Below, one piece after another: positions 49,008 to 57,993 of a DNA stretch of 64,000 bases (the stretch's first letter is position 1; each line of letters opens with the position of its first letter). The stretch lies in the NCBI GenBank assembly GCA_013343275.1, contig CP046106.1:1-64000 (forward strand). Direction: 5' to 3'. The translations under genes were made by a program, and so were the position numbers. A model generated the notes under the pieces. It saw only the letters and a program-made list of their open reading frames with translations. It made no database searches and was not told where the DNA came from. The stretch is from Candidatus Nanohaloarchaea archaeon. GTDB taxonomy: Archaea > Nanohalarchaeota > Nanosalinia > Nanosalinales > Nanosalinaceae.

Positions 49008-50668
49008 AGGTTATCACCTCTTATCTTTTCTAATTCGGCCTCTACCTCTTCTTCAAACAGTTCTTCATCCTCCAGGTAGAGTTCCAGGTACTCGCTGAGC
49101 CTGTTACCTGTTAATAGGTTCTTTACGATTACATAGTCTGCGCCTCTATCGTACAGGTCTACAGCGTGTTCGATGTCATCTGCTTTTACGATTGCTACCG
49201 ATTCCCTCTTTTTTTCCTCTAGTATGCGGTCGTTCACTGCTTTTTCAGGTGAGACACTGATTACAAAGTCTGCTTTTCCTAGCCTTGCAGCTTCACGGAT
49301 CTCGCCATGCTTGAAATCTCCGTAAATATACTCGTAGTTTGACCGAGAAAGCTCTGCTGTATTACTTGAGTCCCTATCTATCACAAGAACGTCGTACTCC
49401 TCCTCAAGTTTCTTGCATGCTCCTCTGGCAACTTCGTCGTATCCGACAACTACAACGTGGCCTTCAAGGCTTTCTACTTCTATATCTTTCTTCTCCTCTC
49501 CTTCAAACTCCTCGAGTATGTGGTCGAACTTCTTATGGATCTCATCCTTGAAACGGATCATGTAGGCCGAGCTCCCCATTGTAAGTATTGTAACCATGCT
49601 GATGAAGCCGGAGACCTCCTCTGCGATAAAGCCCTGTGTGATGGCCAGGCTGATCAGTATAAGGCCGAACTCGCTGACCTGTGTCATGTTCATAGCTGTC
49701 TTGAAACTGGTTTCTGGGGTGAACTTGAACCTGTCAACAGTGAAGAAGAAAATCAGGAACTTACCTAGAACAAGAACAACTGAGGCTACAATAGCTTCGG
49801 GGAGGAACGCCTGTAGAGAACCTCCTGTAATACTGAGCCCGAAGTTAAGGAAGAATATTGCCATGAATAAGTCGGTTAGAGGTCTTACTCTTTCCTGAAG
49901 TTCTCTGCTGTAAGGTATCTGCGCAAGCCCTACGCCTGCGATGAAGGCTCCGATTTCGAGTGATAGATTGAAGTACTGGGAGAGTGAGATGAATATGAAG
50001 GCCCATGCAACTCCGTGGGTGAAGAAGGCAGGCTTGTTGCCGGATATTTTCTTCAGTATGCTTGAGAAAAGGTATTTTGAGGATAGAAGGGATACTGCTG
50101 CGATGAAGGAGATCATTACGAATATCTCTCCTAGTTTGAGAGCTATTTGGGCGGGTGAGGTGCTTTCAACTGTGAGAAGTGCAAGTATAAGTACTACGGC
50201 AATATCCTGTACCAGAAGTATCCCTATATCCAGTCTTCCGGGCAGTGTCGATGCCTCATCTAGATTGGTAAGTAGTTTGACGACGAGTGCTGTTGAACTG
50301 AACATTACTGCTGCGCCGATGAATGCTGACGTTGTTAAGCTGAATCCAAGCAGGGAGCTAATTGTGAGTCCTAGTGCGAAGGTCAGTACCATCTGTATAA
50401 CTGCGATTCCAACGGTAGGCCTCAGAACGTCTCTTACCTCATCTAGGTTGATTTCCAGGCCGATAAGGAAAAGCAGGAATACCAGGCCTAGTTCGGAGAA
50501 AAGGGCTGTCATCTCGGTCTCTGCAATAAGATCTAGTCCTACAGGCCCTACTACCAGCCCGGCGATAATATAGGCCATTACCTTCGGCTGCCGTGTCTTC
50601 TCAGCTACTATGCCTAGGACCGTGGCGATACCGATTAGAAGAGCGAGCGATTCGTAGCCTACAGCCAT
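48995..50668 (-). CDS. Kef-type K+/H+ antiporter with TrkA-N domain
   Basis: LFLIGLE, SSTALV, LLVQD, QVSEFG, HVVVVGY. Confidence 0.92.
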   Translation of the reverse strand: MAVGYESLALLIGIATVLGIVAEKTRQPKVMAYIIAGLVVGPVGLDLIAETEMTALFSELGLVFLLFLIGLEINLDEVRDVLRPTVGIAVIQMVLTFALGLTISSLLGFSLTTSAFIGAAVMFSSTALVVKLLTNLDEASTLPGRLDIGILLVQDIAVVLILALLTVESTSPAQIALKLGEIFVMISFIAAVSLLSSKYLFSSILKKISGNKPAFFTHGVAWAFIFISLSQYFNLSLEIGAFIAGVGLAQIPYSRELQERVRPLTDLFMAIFFLNFGLSITGGSLQAFLPEAIVASVVLVLGKFLIFFFTVDRFKFTPETSFKTAMNMTQVSEFGLILISLAITQGFIAEEVSGFISMVTILTMGSSAYMIRFKDEIHKKFDHILEEFEGEEKKDIEVESLEGHVVVVGYDEVARGACKKLEEEYDVLVIDRDSSNTAELSRSNYEYIYGDFKHGEIREAARLGKADFVISVSPEKAVNDRILEEKKRESVAIVKADDIEHAVDLYDRGADYVIVKNLLTGNRLSEYLELYLEDEELFEEEVEAELEKIRGDNLSQN

Positions 50669-50670
50669 GT

Positions 50671-51255
50671 CTATAGAACTTTTTCGATCTCCTTCTTCTT
50701 AATAGGTCCCTCTCTGAAGACCTCTACCTCGCCATCACTAACAGCTGCAATAGTAGATGTAGGCCCGGAATCAAGCTCTCCGGCATCAATCACGTAGTCA
50801 ACTTTCTCCAGGAGTTCCTCCGAGATATCGTCGACTGAGTAAGGTGTGTCGTGGCCTGAAATATTTGCTGAGGTAGCAGTTATAGGCCCTACCTCAGAGA
50901 GCCTGTCAGCAATCTCTCCGGAAGATATTCTGAAAGCAAAATCCTCGTTCAGGTTGTCCGGAACAGTATCCTTTCTGTCAGCGATAAGTGTCAGAGGCCC
51001 TGGCATGAACTCTCTGATAACTTTTCTCTCCTCATCTGAAAGATCTGCATACTTTTCTGCAGTATCAATTGAGTCAACTATAGCTGTCAGGCCTTTGCTT
51101 CTAGGCCTTTTCTTCGCCTCATATACTTTTTCGATCGCTACCCGGTCTGTTGCATCGGCTGCTATTCCATATGCGGTTTCTGTAGGAAATACTACTATTC
51201 CACCTTCTCGGATTACTTCCTTTGCTTCTTCAACTTGTTTTTCTATATCTCCCAT
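50671..51255 (-). CDS. sua5: Threonylcarbamoyl-AMP synthase (Sua5/TsaC)
   Basis: FPTETAYG, K.RP, PGPLT, TSANISG. Confidence 0.95.
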   Translation of the reverse strand: MGDIEKQVEEAKEVIREGGIVVFPTETAYGIAADATDRVAIEKVYEAKKRPRSKGLTAIVDSIDTAEKYADLSDEERKVIREFMPGPLTLIADRKDTVPDNLNEDFAFRISSGEIADRLSEVGPITATSANISGHDTPYSVDDISEELLEKVDYVIDAGELDSGPTSTIAAVSDGEVEVFREGPIKKKEIEKVL

Positions 51256-52220
51256 TCTACTTCCACCTCGTCAGGCCTCCAGTCAGGCTTTTTACCAGAG
51301 TTTTCTATACTTGTCTCTCTTCCAGCTTTTAACTCGATTAATCCCTGGTGTGCGATCATGGCTCCGTTGTCCATACAGAATTCATGCGGAGGGAAGTAAG
51401 CTTCGGCATCTCGCTGCTCGCACATAAGCTCCACCATCTCTCTAAGCCGGGAATTCATTGCTACGCCACCAGTTAAGAGGGCCTCAGTGCTGTCCTCTTG
51501 GGCCATCGCTCTTTCCAGTGCTTCGACCGCTGCCGAGTATGCGTGTTCCTGGAAGCTGTTGGCTAAAACTTCGTCATCTACTTCCCCGATTTTTCTCTCA
51601 GCCTCAGTTGTCAGGCCTGAGAAGGAGAAATCCATGCCCTTGATTGGGTAGCTCATTTCAATTATTTCGTCTGTCTCTTCTGCTAGTTTCTCGATCTCAG
51701 GTCCTCCGGGATGAGGGTATCCCAGTTTTCGGGCTAGCTTGTCGAGGGCGTTGCCGAGTGCGATGTCAAGTGTTTCTCCTACTACACGGTACCGGCCTGA
51801 TCTCAAGTCAAGTATCTGGCTGTTACCGCCGGAAATGTAGAGTGTCGTCGGGTTTTCTGCCTCCGTTGTTCTTATCCCGATCGAGATGTGGGCCAGGCAG
51901 TGGTTGACACCGATCAACGGTATATCGTATTTTTTAGATAAAGTTCTGGCCAGTACTGCTCCTACGTCAAGGCACTGAGGTATTCCAGGTCCTTGCGAGA
52001 AGGAGATAGCATCTATATCTTCTAGAGGGAAGTCTGTCTTGGCTTCGGCCTCGTTGATCTTCTCCAAAGCGTGCTGGTAGTGATGCTCTGAGGCCTTTCT
52101 TGGATGTATTCCGCCTTCTTCCGGCTCGAACATCGACTTCACGTTTGCGTGTACTTCGTCTTCGTCTACTATGCCGATGCCGAGTGTATGGGCAGTTGAC
52201 TCGATGCCTAGAACTTTCAT
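51243..52220 (-). CDS. kae1: KEOPS Kae1 (t6A synthase)
   Basis: GIESTAHT, HCLAH, SGGNSQ, DNGAMIA. Confidence 0.97.
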   Translation of the reverse strand: MKVLGIESTAHTLGIGIVDEDEVHANVKSMFEPEEGGIHPRKASEHHYQHALEKINEAEAKTDFPLEDIDAISFSQGPGIPQCLDVGAVLARTLSKKYDIPLIGVNHCLAHISIGIRTTEAENPTTLYISGGNSQILDLRSGRYRVVGETLDIALGNALDKLARKLGYPHPGGPEIEKLAEETDEIIEMSYPIKGMDFSFSGLTTEAERKIGEVDDEVLANSFQEHAYSAAVEALERAMAQEDSTEALLTGGVAMNSRLREMVELMCEQRDAEAYFPPHEFCMDNGAMIAHQGLIELKAGRETSIENSGKKPDWRPDEVEVEWEI

Positions 52221-52311
52221 CTAGGAAAAATCTGGTTTGGAAAAGTTAAAAGTTGAGAGGTAGAACTTGGGAAAATTGATATGTAGAAATGAGGGGTAAG
52301 GCCTTGATGCC

Positions 52312-52461
52312 TTACTGGTGTTTGGTGTAGCCGCACTTGCCGCAGCTTTTACGGTCGTCGTGCTCTGCGAGGAATGAACCGCATCTTGGGCATTTTTCCC
52401 CGTTGTGGGTTCCGTCTTCACTGTATTTTTCGTGGATGGCTACTGTCTCGTGTTTTGCCAT
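52312..52461 (-). CDS. rps27ae: 30S ribosomal protein S27ae
   Basis: [23 protein letters not shown] (49 aa, not in ORF track). Confidence 0.93.
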   Translation of the reverse strand: MAKHETVAIHEKYSEDGTHNGEKCPRCGSFLAEHDDRKSCGKCGYTKHQ

Positions 52462-52475
52462 TTAATTAGTCACCT

Positions 52476-52910
52476 TTATTTCTGGCTCTCAAGCCAGTCG
52501 ATTAACGTTGTACGGTTTTTGTTGTCTTTCTCTGCTTCCATCGCAGCGTCCCAGTCGACCTCTTCCATGTCTTGAAGTGCGTCTTTGGCGTCCGTGATGG
52601 TTCCTGAGACTGCTTCTCTGTAGTCTTCAGTTACCTCTACTTCTTCCTCTTCTAGGGCTTCTTTCTCAAGTTCTTCATCGTAGTCGAAGTCTTCAAGGAC
52701 TTTGAGTGTTGCCTTTGATTTCTGGCTTCCGAAACCTGTGTAGATAGATTCTACTTCGATGCTTTCGGTTTCGATACCGTTTTCTGCTGCAACGCGCGAT
52801 TTTACGTCTTCTTCGCTCGGTGTAGCCTCGCCTTCATGGTTGAGACTTACTTCTACTTCTCTCCTGTCTAGGAGAGGGTTTTCTCTTACTGCTGTGATGT
52901 TTGCTTCCAT
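52476..52910 (-). CDS. rps24e: 30S ribosomal protein S24e with C-terminal extension
   Basis: ENPLLDRREV, ATPS, TGFG. Confidence 0.92.
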   Translation of the reverse strand: MEANITAVRENPLLDRREVEVSLNHEGEATPSEEDVKSRVAAENGIETESIEVESIYTGFGSQKSKATLKVLEDFDYDEELEKEALEEEEVEVTEDYREAVSGTITDAKDALQDMEEVDWDAAMEAEKDNKNRTTLIDWLESQK

Positions 52911-52967
52911 TCAAAAATCGCCCCCGCGATTTTCTTCTTGTCCAGAAATTCTTTGAATTTCGTACAT
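52911..52967 (-). repeat. Double-hairpin intergenic element / 18-aa mini-ORF (copy B)
   Basis: GAAATTC-AAA-GAATTTC plus AAAATCGC-GGGG-GCGATTTT; ATG..TGA 57 nt. Confidence 0.75.
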
Positions 52968-52979
52968 AGTATTCACGTT

Positions 52980-53168
52980 TTATTTGACTCTTATTGCGTA
53001 TTTTCCTGGAGTGTTAATTTCCAGTTTCTCTGCGATTTCAGAATCTTCGGGATCGTAGATAACTACTAGTCCGCTCCAAGAATCGGATAGATCGTTGTTC
53101 TTGCATACAGGGCATTCTTGGGCATCTTCTACAATACGGTTACAGTTTTTACATGCTTTTTCAGCCAT
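52980..53168 (-). CDS. spt4: Transcription elongation factor Spt4 (RpoE'')
   Basis: KACKNC..CPVC..WSG..PGKYAIRV. Confidence 0.96.
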   Translation of the reverse strand: MAEKACKNCNRIVEDAQECPVCKNNDLSDSWSGLVVIYDPEDSEIAEKLEINTPGKYAIRVK

Positions 53169-53224
53169 TAGAAAACCACCTTATGGTTTTCGGCCTGTCC
53201 AGAAAATCTTTGATTTTCGTACAT
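53168..53224 (-). repeat. Double-hairpin intergenic element / 18-aa mini-ORF (copy A)
   Basis: GAAAATC-AAA-GATTTTC plus GAAAACCA-TAAGG-TGGTTTTC; TAATG overlaps at both ends. Confidence 0.78.
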
Positions 53225-53802
53225 TATTCTTCACCTTCTTCCTCTTCTTCGGTCTCTTCCTGCTCTTCTTCGTACTGTTCGATCCATTCTTCTTTTCCGA
53301 GGCCTGGCTGTCTCATTGTCAGATTGATCTTGTTGGTGTCTTCCTTTCCTAGTGAGACTGCGATTATTCGGGCTGTGACGACATCTCCTGTTTCAAGTGT
53401 GAACTGGTTCTCTTCTGAGACCAGCATGTTGTTCTCCTCGTCGTGGTTGACGTACTCGTCCATTACCTGAGATACGTGGCATAGGCCGTCGAAAGGCCCG
53501 ATTCTGATAAATGCTCCGAAGCTTGTTACGTCTACTACTTCTCCGAATACAACTTCGTGGAGCTCTGGTTCGTATACAAGTGCTGAGTATTCTACATCGT
53601 AGTGTACTCCTGCGTCCTCTGGCTCGATTTCTCCTCCTTCAACGGAGTTTACTTCCTCGATTGCGAGGACTACTCCTACTTCAGGACTGATATCTCCTTC
53701 TGTTTCTGCTTTAAGGCCTTCTGTGACGCTTTCCTTTACGTTCTCTCCCAGATGCTCTGGGGGAACTCTTACTGATTCTTGTATTGTTTTTCTTTTGTAC
53801 AT
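53224..53802 (-). CDS. rpoE1: RNA polymerase subunit E'
   Basis: VRVPP, FGAFIRIGPFDGLCHVSQ, LTMRQPGLGK. Confidence 0.97.
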   Translation of the reverse strand: MYKRKTIQESVRVPPEHLGENVKESVTEGLKAETEGDISPEVGVVLAIEEVNSVEGGEIEPEDAGVHYDVEYSALVYEPELHEVVFGEVVDVTSFGAFIRIGPFDGLCHVSQVMDEYVNHDEENNMLVSEENQFTLETGDVVTARIIAVSLGKEDTNKINLTMRQPGLGKEEWIEQYEEEQEETEEEEEGEE

Positions 53803-53905
53803 TTGAGACACTACCTCCATTCAGAGGAAAGGGAAGTCTGGAAGGGTATAAGCCCCTTCTTAATCTTCTACCTCTGTGGAACATTTAACAGGTTGACGAC
53901 AATTT

Positions 53906-54289
53906 TTAAAACCCTACCGAGGAACGGTTTAGAACCTCCAAATGCGTCCCGCTACGGATAATGATTACCTCACGGCCTCTATCTAGAAGTCGCTCTTTCA
54001 GCTCCTTGTCGTTAGTTGCAACTACAAACTCATCGCTGACATCAACTATCAAGTCATCTACCTCTCCGTTGCCATGAGTTTCCAGCACTTCAATATCCTT
54101 TTTCTCTATCAGTTGCTCTGCCAGATCTCCATACTTGCCCCCTTCTATACTTTTGGCCTCCTCTACTGCGTCGTCAAGGGTATAGAGTTCGTGGAGAGGA
54201 TAGAGCCGTTCTATCTCATCGAATATATCGAACGAATGCTGGAAAGGTGCTACCAGAAAATTGGTGTCCAGCAGGATTTTATCTGTCAT
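53906..54289 (-). CDS. PIN-domain protein (Fcf1/Utp24-like)
   Basis: LLDTNFL, VATNDKELK; conserved position before rpoE1. Confidence 0.9.
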   Translation of the reverse strand: MTDKILLDTNFLVAPFQHSFDIFDEIERLYPLHELYTLDDAVEEAKSIEGGKYGDLAEQLIEKKDIEVLETHGNGEVDDLIVDVSDEFVVATNDKELKERLLDRGREVIIIRSGTHLEVLNRSSVGF

Positions 54290-54343
54290 AGGTTATTCTT
54301 CTTTCGTTAACTCTAAAACTGTGGCCTGATCTACCTTTGGTAT

Positions 54344-55261
54344 ATGAAGACTATTGGAGTTCTCTGGGATGAAGAAGTTACCTGGGATGGAGAAAAACCT
54401 TTCGATGGCCAGTCAAATGAAGCCTACGGATATTTTTCTGAAAGGGCTGAAGATAAGGATGTGAGGCTTGTTCAGGCCCAGTATCACTGGTATGATGATG
54501 GATCTCTGTCTCAGGGCTGGGTTTACGAGGAAGGTTCTTGGCAGAAAGTGGAGGATGTCGAGCTCGATGGGGTATTCGATAAGTTCCACTTTGATGAGGA
54601 TACAAAGGCTCTCAAGCAGGAGATTAGTGAGACTATAGGAATCCTGAATAATCCGGAGCTGGAGGAGCTTTGCAAGGATAAACTCCTAACTTATGAGCGG
54701 TTTCCTGAGAAGATGCCGGAGACAAGGATTTTCTCCGATGACAATGCTCAGGAAATGCTGGAGGAGTACGGCAAGATTGTCCTGAAGCCTCGTTACGCTT
54801 TCGGTGGCAAAGGTATTCATATTGTAGCGAGCGAAGAGGAAATACCTGAAATAGAAGATGATTACATCATTCAGGAGTTTATTGACAGCAGCGGAGGCAT
54901 CGAAGGCATAGTTGAAGAAACGCATGACCTAAGAGGCATAGTAGTAAACGGTGAACTAGAGGCAGGTTATGTCAGATACAGCGACGGCGAGATAAGTAAC
55001 GTGGCGCAGGGAGGCTCACAGGATGCAGTTAGTCCGGAAGAATTCCCTGAGAAGGCTCTGGATCTCATTGAGTCTGTTAACGACGAACTAGAGTTCAGAC
55101 CGTGTCTTTTCTCCGTCGACCTTTTCTTCGATGGAGAAGGAAACCCTTGGATAGTTGAGCTGAACTCGAAGCCTGGAATAGGTTTCTACGGTGATGAAGA
55201 AATGAAGAAGCAGCTTGTGCCGGTGATGGATGGTCTTGTAGAGGCTTTCAAACAGCTCTAG
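54344..55261 (+). CDS. ATP-grasp ligase (RimK/glutathione synthetase/YheCD-like)
   Basis: DKLLT, LKPRYAFGGKGI, IQEFI, HDLR, SNVAQGG, VELNSKPG. Confidence 0.9.
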   Translation: MKTIGVLWDEEVTWDGEKPFDGQSNEAYGYFSERAEDKDVRLVQAQYHWYDDGSLSQGWVYEEGSWQKVEDVELDGVFDKFHFDEDTKALKQEISETIGILNNPELEELCKDKLLTYERFPEKMPETRIFSDDNAQEMLEEYGKIVLKPRYAFGGKGIHIVASEEEIPEIEDDYIIQEFIDSSGGIEGIVEETHDLRGIVVNGELEAGYVRYSDGEISNVAQGGSQDAVSPEEFPEKALDLIESVNDELEFRPCLFSVDLFFDGEGNPWIVELNSKPGIGFYGDEEMKKQLVPVMDGLVEAFKQL

Positions 55262-56289
55262 TTTATCATTTCTTTTGCTTCTTCTAGGTCTTCGGTCAGT
55301 CTCTCGGCAATATTCAATCTTATTTCCTTTGCTTTCTCTCTACTGACTTCTTCAGGTATATCCAGGTTCTGTGAGACAGGTGAGAATTCTGAAGGGTTAA
55401 TGCCCATTTCCTTGATGTATTCTCTGACTTCTTCTGACTCAAGGCCTTCCTTTATCGCTTTTTCTGATGCATTTTTCACTTTCTGGAACTCTGGCAGTTC
55501 TGATCTCTTCTTTTTCTGTACTATCGGTTTGACAGCTTTCACGATTTTGATTACCTCGGTAAGAAGTGTTGTATCAGGGGCCCGCCATTCAACTGTTGGG
55601 TAGTCTTCCCTCAGTTTTACCGGGGTCCAGACCGAGTTCTCCGGTTGGAAGAATCTTTCAAATCTTTCTGTTTCTATGCCTTTCTGCTCTGCCTTGTTCT
55701 CGAATTCTTCGAAAAGTTCCTCTCTTTTTTCACGCCACTCCGTGATTGAATCCATGTATGGCCAGAGCTCTCTCTGTTCGGGGAACGCTCCGCAGGCTTT
55801 GTGCCTGTAAATTTTGTTTCTGCATCCGTCCGCCAGGTGCTTTCTCTGGTATCTCGGCGATGAGTTCGTCAGTGCAGAGAGCGGATCCATGGCTGTCAAG
55901 GTGTTGAGCTGTCTGAGAGAGTCCTCTTTTTCAAAATGGATGTGGAGGCCAGCAGTCCTGCCAGCATGTTTTACTTCAGGCCCTATGACTTCCTGCTCTA
56001 TCTGGAATCTCTCGGATTCGTATACTTCGACCTCTCCGGAGTTTAGAGGTGTTCCAAGGGGTACTATTCTTTTGCCATCTTTTTTGGCTAGCTCTACAAG
56101 TATCTCTGTTTTTGATATGGCCTCTTTCAGAAGTTCATCCATGTCTTCGTGCGGTTCTGTCTGTATTTCTATCATTGACCGTGAGAATTCCTGTGATGCA
56201 AAGTAAACTCTTTCTGCTACTGGCTTGGCGTAATCAAGTTCTCCTTCCTCGTCTATGACCCAGAACTCCAGTTCGAGGCCTGCTTTCAA
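55258..56289 (-). CDS. Glutamate--cysteine ligase family 2 (GCS2/YbdK-like carboxylate-amine ligase)
   Basis: GLELEF, IEIQT, AGLHIH, NSSP, TVEWRAPD. Confidence 0.88.
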   Translation of the reverse strand: MKAGLELEFWVIDEEGELDYAKPVAERVYFASQEFSRSMIEIQTEPHEDMDELLKEAISKTEILVELAKKDGKRIVPLGTPLNSGEVEVYESERFQIEQEVIGPEVKHAGRTAGLHIHFEKEDSLRQLNTLTAMDPLSALTNSSPRYQRKHLADGCRNKIYRHKACGAFPEQRELWPYMDSITEWREKREELFEEFENKAEQKGIETERFERFFQPENSVWTPVKLREDYPTVEWRAPDTTLLTEVIKIVKAVKPIVQKKKRSELPEFQKVKNASEKAIKEGLESEEVREYIKEMGINPSEFSPVSQNLDIPEEVSREKAKEIRLNIAERLTEDLEEAKEMIN

Positions 56290-57170
56290 CTCTGATTCGC
56301 CTCCTTCATCGCTCTCTCGTGCATTCTCTCGACAAGTCTGAGAATAATGTTTTCGCCTACAGTTTCGTTAATTGCTCTGTAGAGGCCGAATGCACTGTTC
56401 AGCTCCAGTACGTAAACGCCGTCGTCGGTCTCTATTACGTCTACTCCGGCTATATCGAATCCTGTTGCTCTTACTGCTGTGAGCGCTGCCTGTTTCATTT
56501 CTGGTGTTAGGTCGGCTTCTTTTCTCTCACCACCTTCTGCTACGTTTGACCGCCATTCGTCTCCGCTGCTGGATCTCTGATATGCGTATACGTCTTCCCC
56601 CATTACAATTACTCGTGTGTCTGTTCCTCCGTGCTCCTGGTACTCCTGCAAACAGATATCCTGTTCAAAGGATTTCATCGTGTCCATTACGGGCTTTAGC
56701 TCGTTTTCCGAGCTTGCTCTCATCACTCCCTGTCCTCCGGCTCCTTCAATAGTCTTCATGATGATCGGATACCCGAGTTTCTCCGCGGCCTCTACTGCTG
56801 TCTCGGGAGAGATCGTGTAGAAGCTGTCCGGCACATTTACTCCGTTTTCTGCCAGTATCTTCATACTGTAGAACTTGTTGTTGGAGTAGGAGAAGGACTC
56901 GTCTTCGGCCTGTGTCACGACTCCGGCCTTGTTGAGAACCTCTACCAGGTGTTCGGAGAAGAGTGCGTCCTGATCGTTGGTTCTTACATACGCTGCGTCG
57001 AACTCTGTCAGATCTGTATCTTTGTAGAGTACTTTACTCCCTTCTTCACTGTGTATAAGCTTGAGGCCATCTACCGGGGCTGCAAGAACAGAGTCGAATA
57101 TTTCTTCGGCCTCCTCTATTATCAGCTGGTGTGTGGTAGATACTTCGCCATAGATTATTGCCAGTTTCAT
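56286..57170 (-). CDS. RimK/LysX-family ATP-grasp ligase
   Basis: NKFYS, GYPIIMK..GAGGQGV, QEY, DTRV, WRSNVAEGG, GVD, ELN. Confidence 0.93.
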   Translation of the reverse strand: MKLAIIYGEVSTTHQLIIEEAEEIFDSVLAAPVDGLKLIHSEEGSKVLYKDTDLTEFDAAYVRTNDQDALFSEHLVEVLNKAGVVTQAEDESFSYSNNKFYSMKILAENGVNVPDSFYTISPETAVEAAEKLGYPIIMKTIEGAGGQGVMRASSENELKPVMDTMKSFEQDICLQEYQEHGGTDTRVIVMGEDVYAYQRSSSGDEWRSNVAEGGERKEADLTPEMKQAALTAVRATGFDIAGVDVIETDDGVYVLELNSAFGLYRAINETVGENIILRLVERMHERAMKEANQS

Positions 57171-57174
57171 TTTC

Positions 57175-57993
57175 TTAGGCCTCTTCTCCCTGTTTTATAG
57201 TATCTGCTATGATTTTGTACACGTCTTTCCCGGAGATTTCTGCATATGTATCTAGATCAGGGTTCGGGTTTACATCGATTACCTGTTCGTCTCTTATCAG
57301 TACTTCTGCGGTCTGAGTTCCAAGCGACTTTTTTGCATCCAGCACAAGGTCCTCTATGCTGTTTGGTATATTCGAGTACCTTAGATTGTCCTCACCGATC
57401 TCCCAGTCCTCAGAGGTGTCTTCAAGCGAGACCACTTCCTCTCCCGCGACAAGACAGCGGTATTTCGTGCCTTTCGAGAATTCGTGGAAAAGAATAACGT
57501 TCTCCCCGTACTCCGTTCCTTCAGTGAAACCCCCAATCTCTTCAACAGTGTCTATCTTCTTCTCCTCTGATAGCTCAAACCCTTCGAATTTTCTGGCTAC
57601 TAGAGGCCCTTTCAGATAGTTCTCGAGATTTCGGGCAGATTTTTCATCGGCTACAACTGCTGTCTTCGGAGCAGATACGTTTTTCTCGTGCAGAACGCTG
57701 TATAGATAGTTTTTCTTCGACATTGCGAAAAAGGAGGTTGAGGAGTAGTTTACCGGTATTCCTTTCTCCTCGATAGTCTCAAGCAGAACTCTTCCGAAAA
57801 CTGCATTTTTTTCAGGAATATTTGCATAGACAGCATCGAAGTTCTCTACAGGCGCTCCACCTATCTTTACATCTGAATTATTGTCTCTCACCTCTGGAGC
57901 TACCTCCTCGATACTTGCCGTCTCCACTTCTTCAAAATGCTGGTTTAACTCCTGTGTAGCGTCTTCTTCGTCAGTTATCTTCAGTAGTTTCAT
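57175..57993 (-). CDS. Degenerate RimK-like ATP-grasp protein
   Basis: Colinear with neighbour but Gly-rich loop and SN..GG loop lost; ExN replaced by DVN. Confidence 0.75.
   Translation of the reverse strand: MKLLKITDEEDATQELNQHFEEVETASIEEVAPEVRDNNSDVKIGGAPVENFDAVYANIPEKNAVFGRVLLETIEEKGIPVNYSSTSFFAMSKKNYLYSVLHEKNVSAPKTAVVADEKSARNLENYLKGPLVARKFEGFELSEEKKIDTVEEIGGFTEGTEYGENVILFHEFSKGTKYRCLVAGEEVVSLEDTSEDWEIGEDNLRYSNIPNSIEDLVLDAKKSLGTQTAEVLIRDEQVIDVNPNPDLDTYAEISGKDVYKIIADTIKQGEEA

Noticed and set aside
52221-52421. 66-aa ORF in track
   Set aside because: Wrong frame; the real gene is rps27ae 52312-52461
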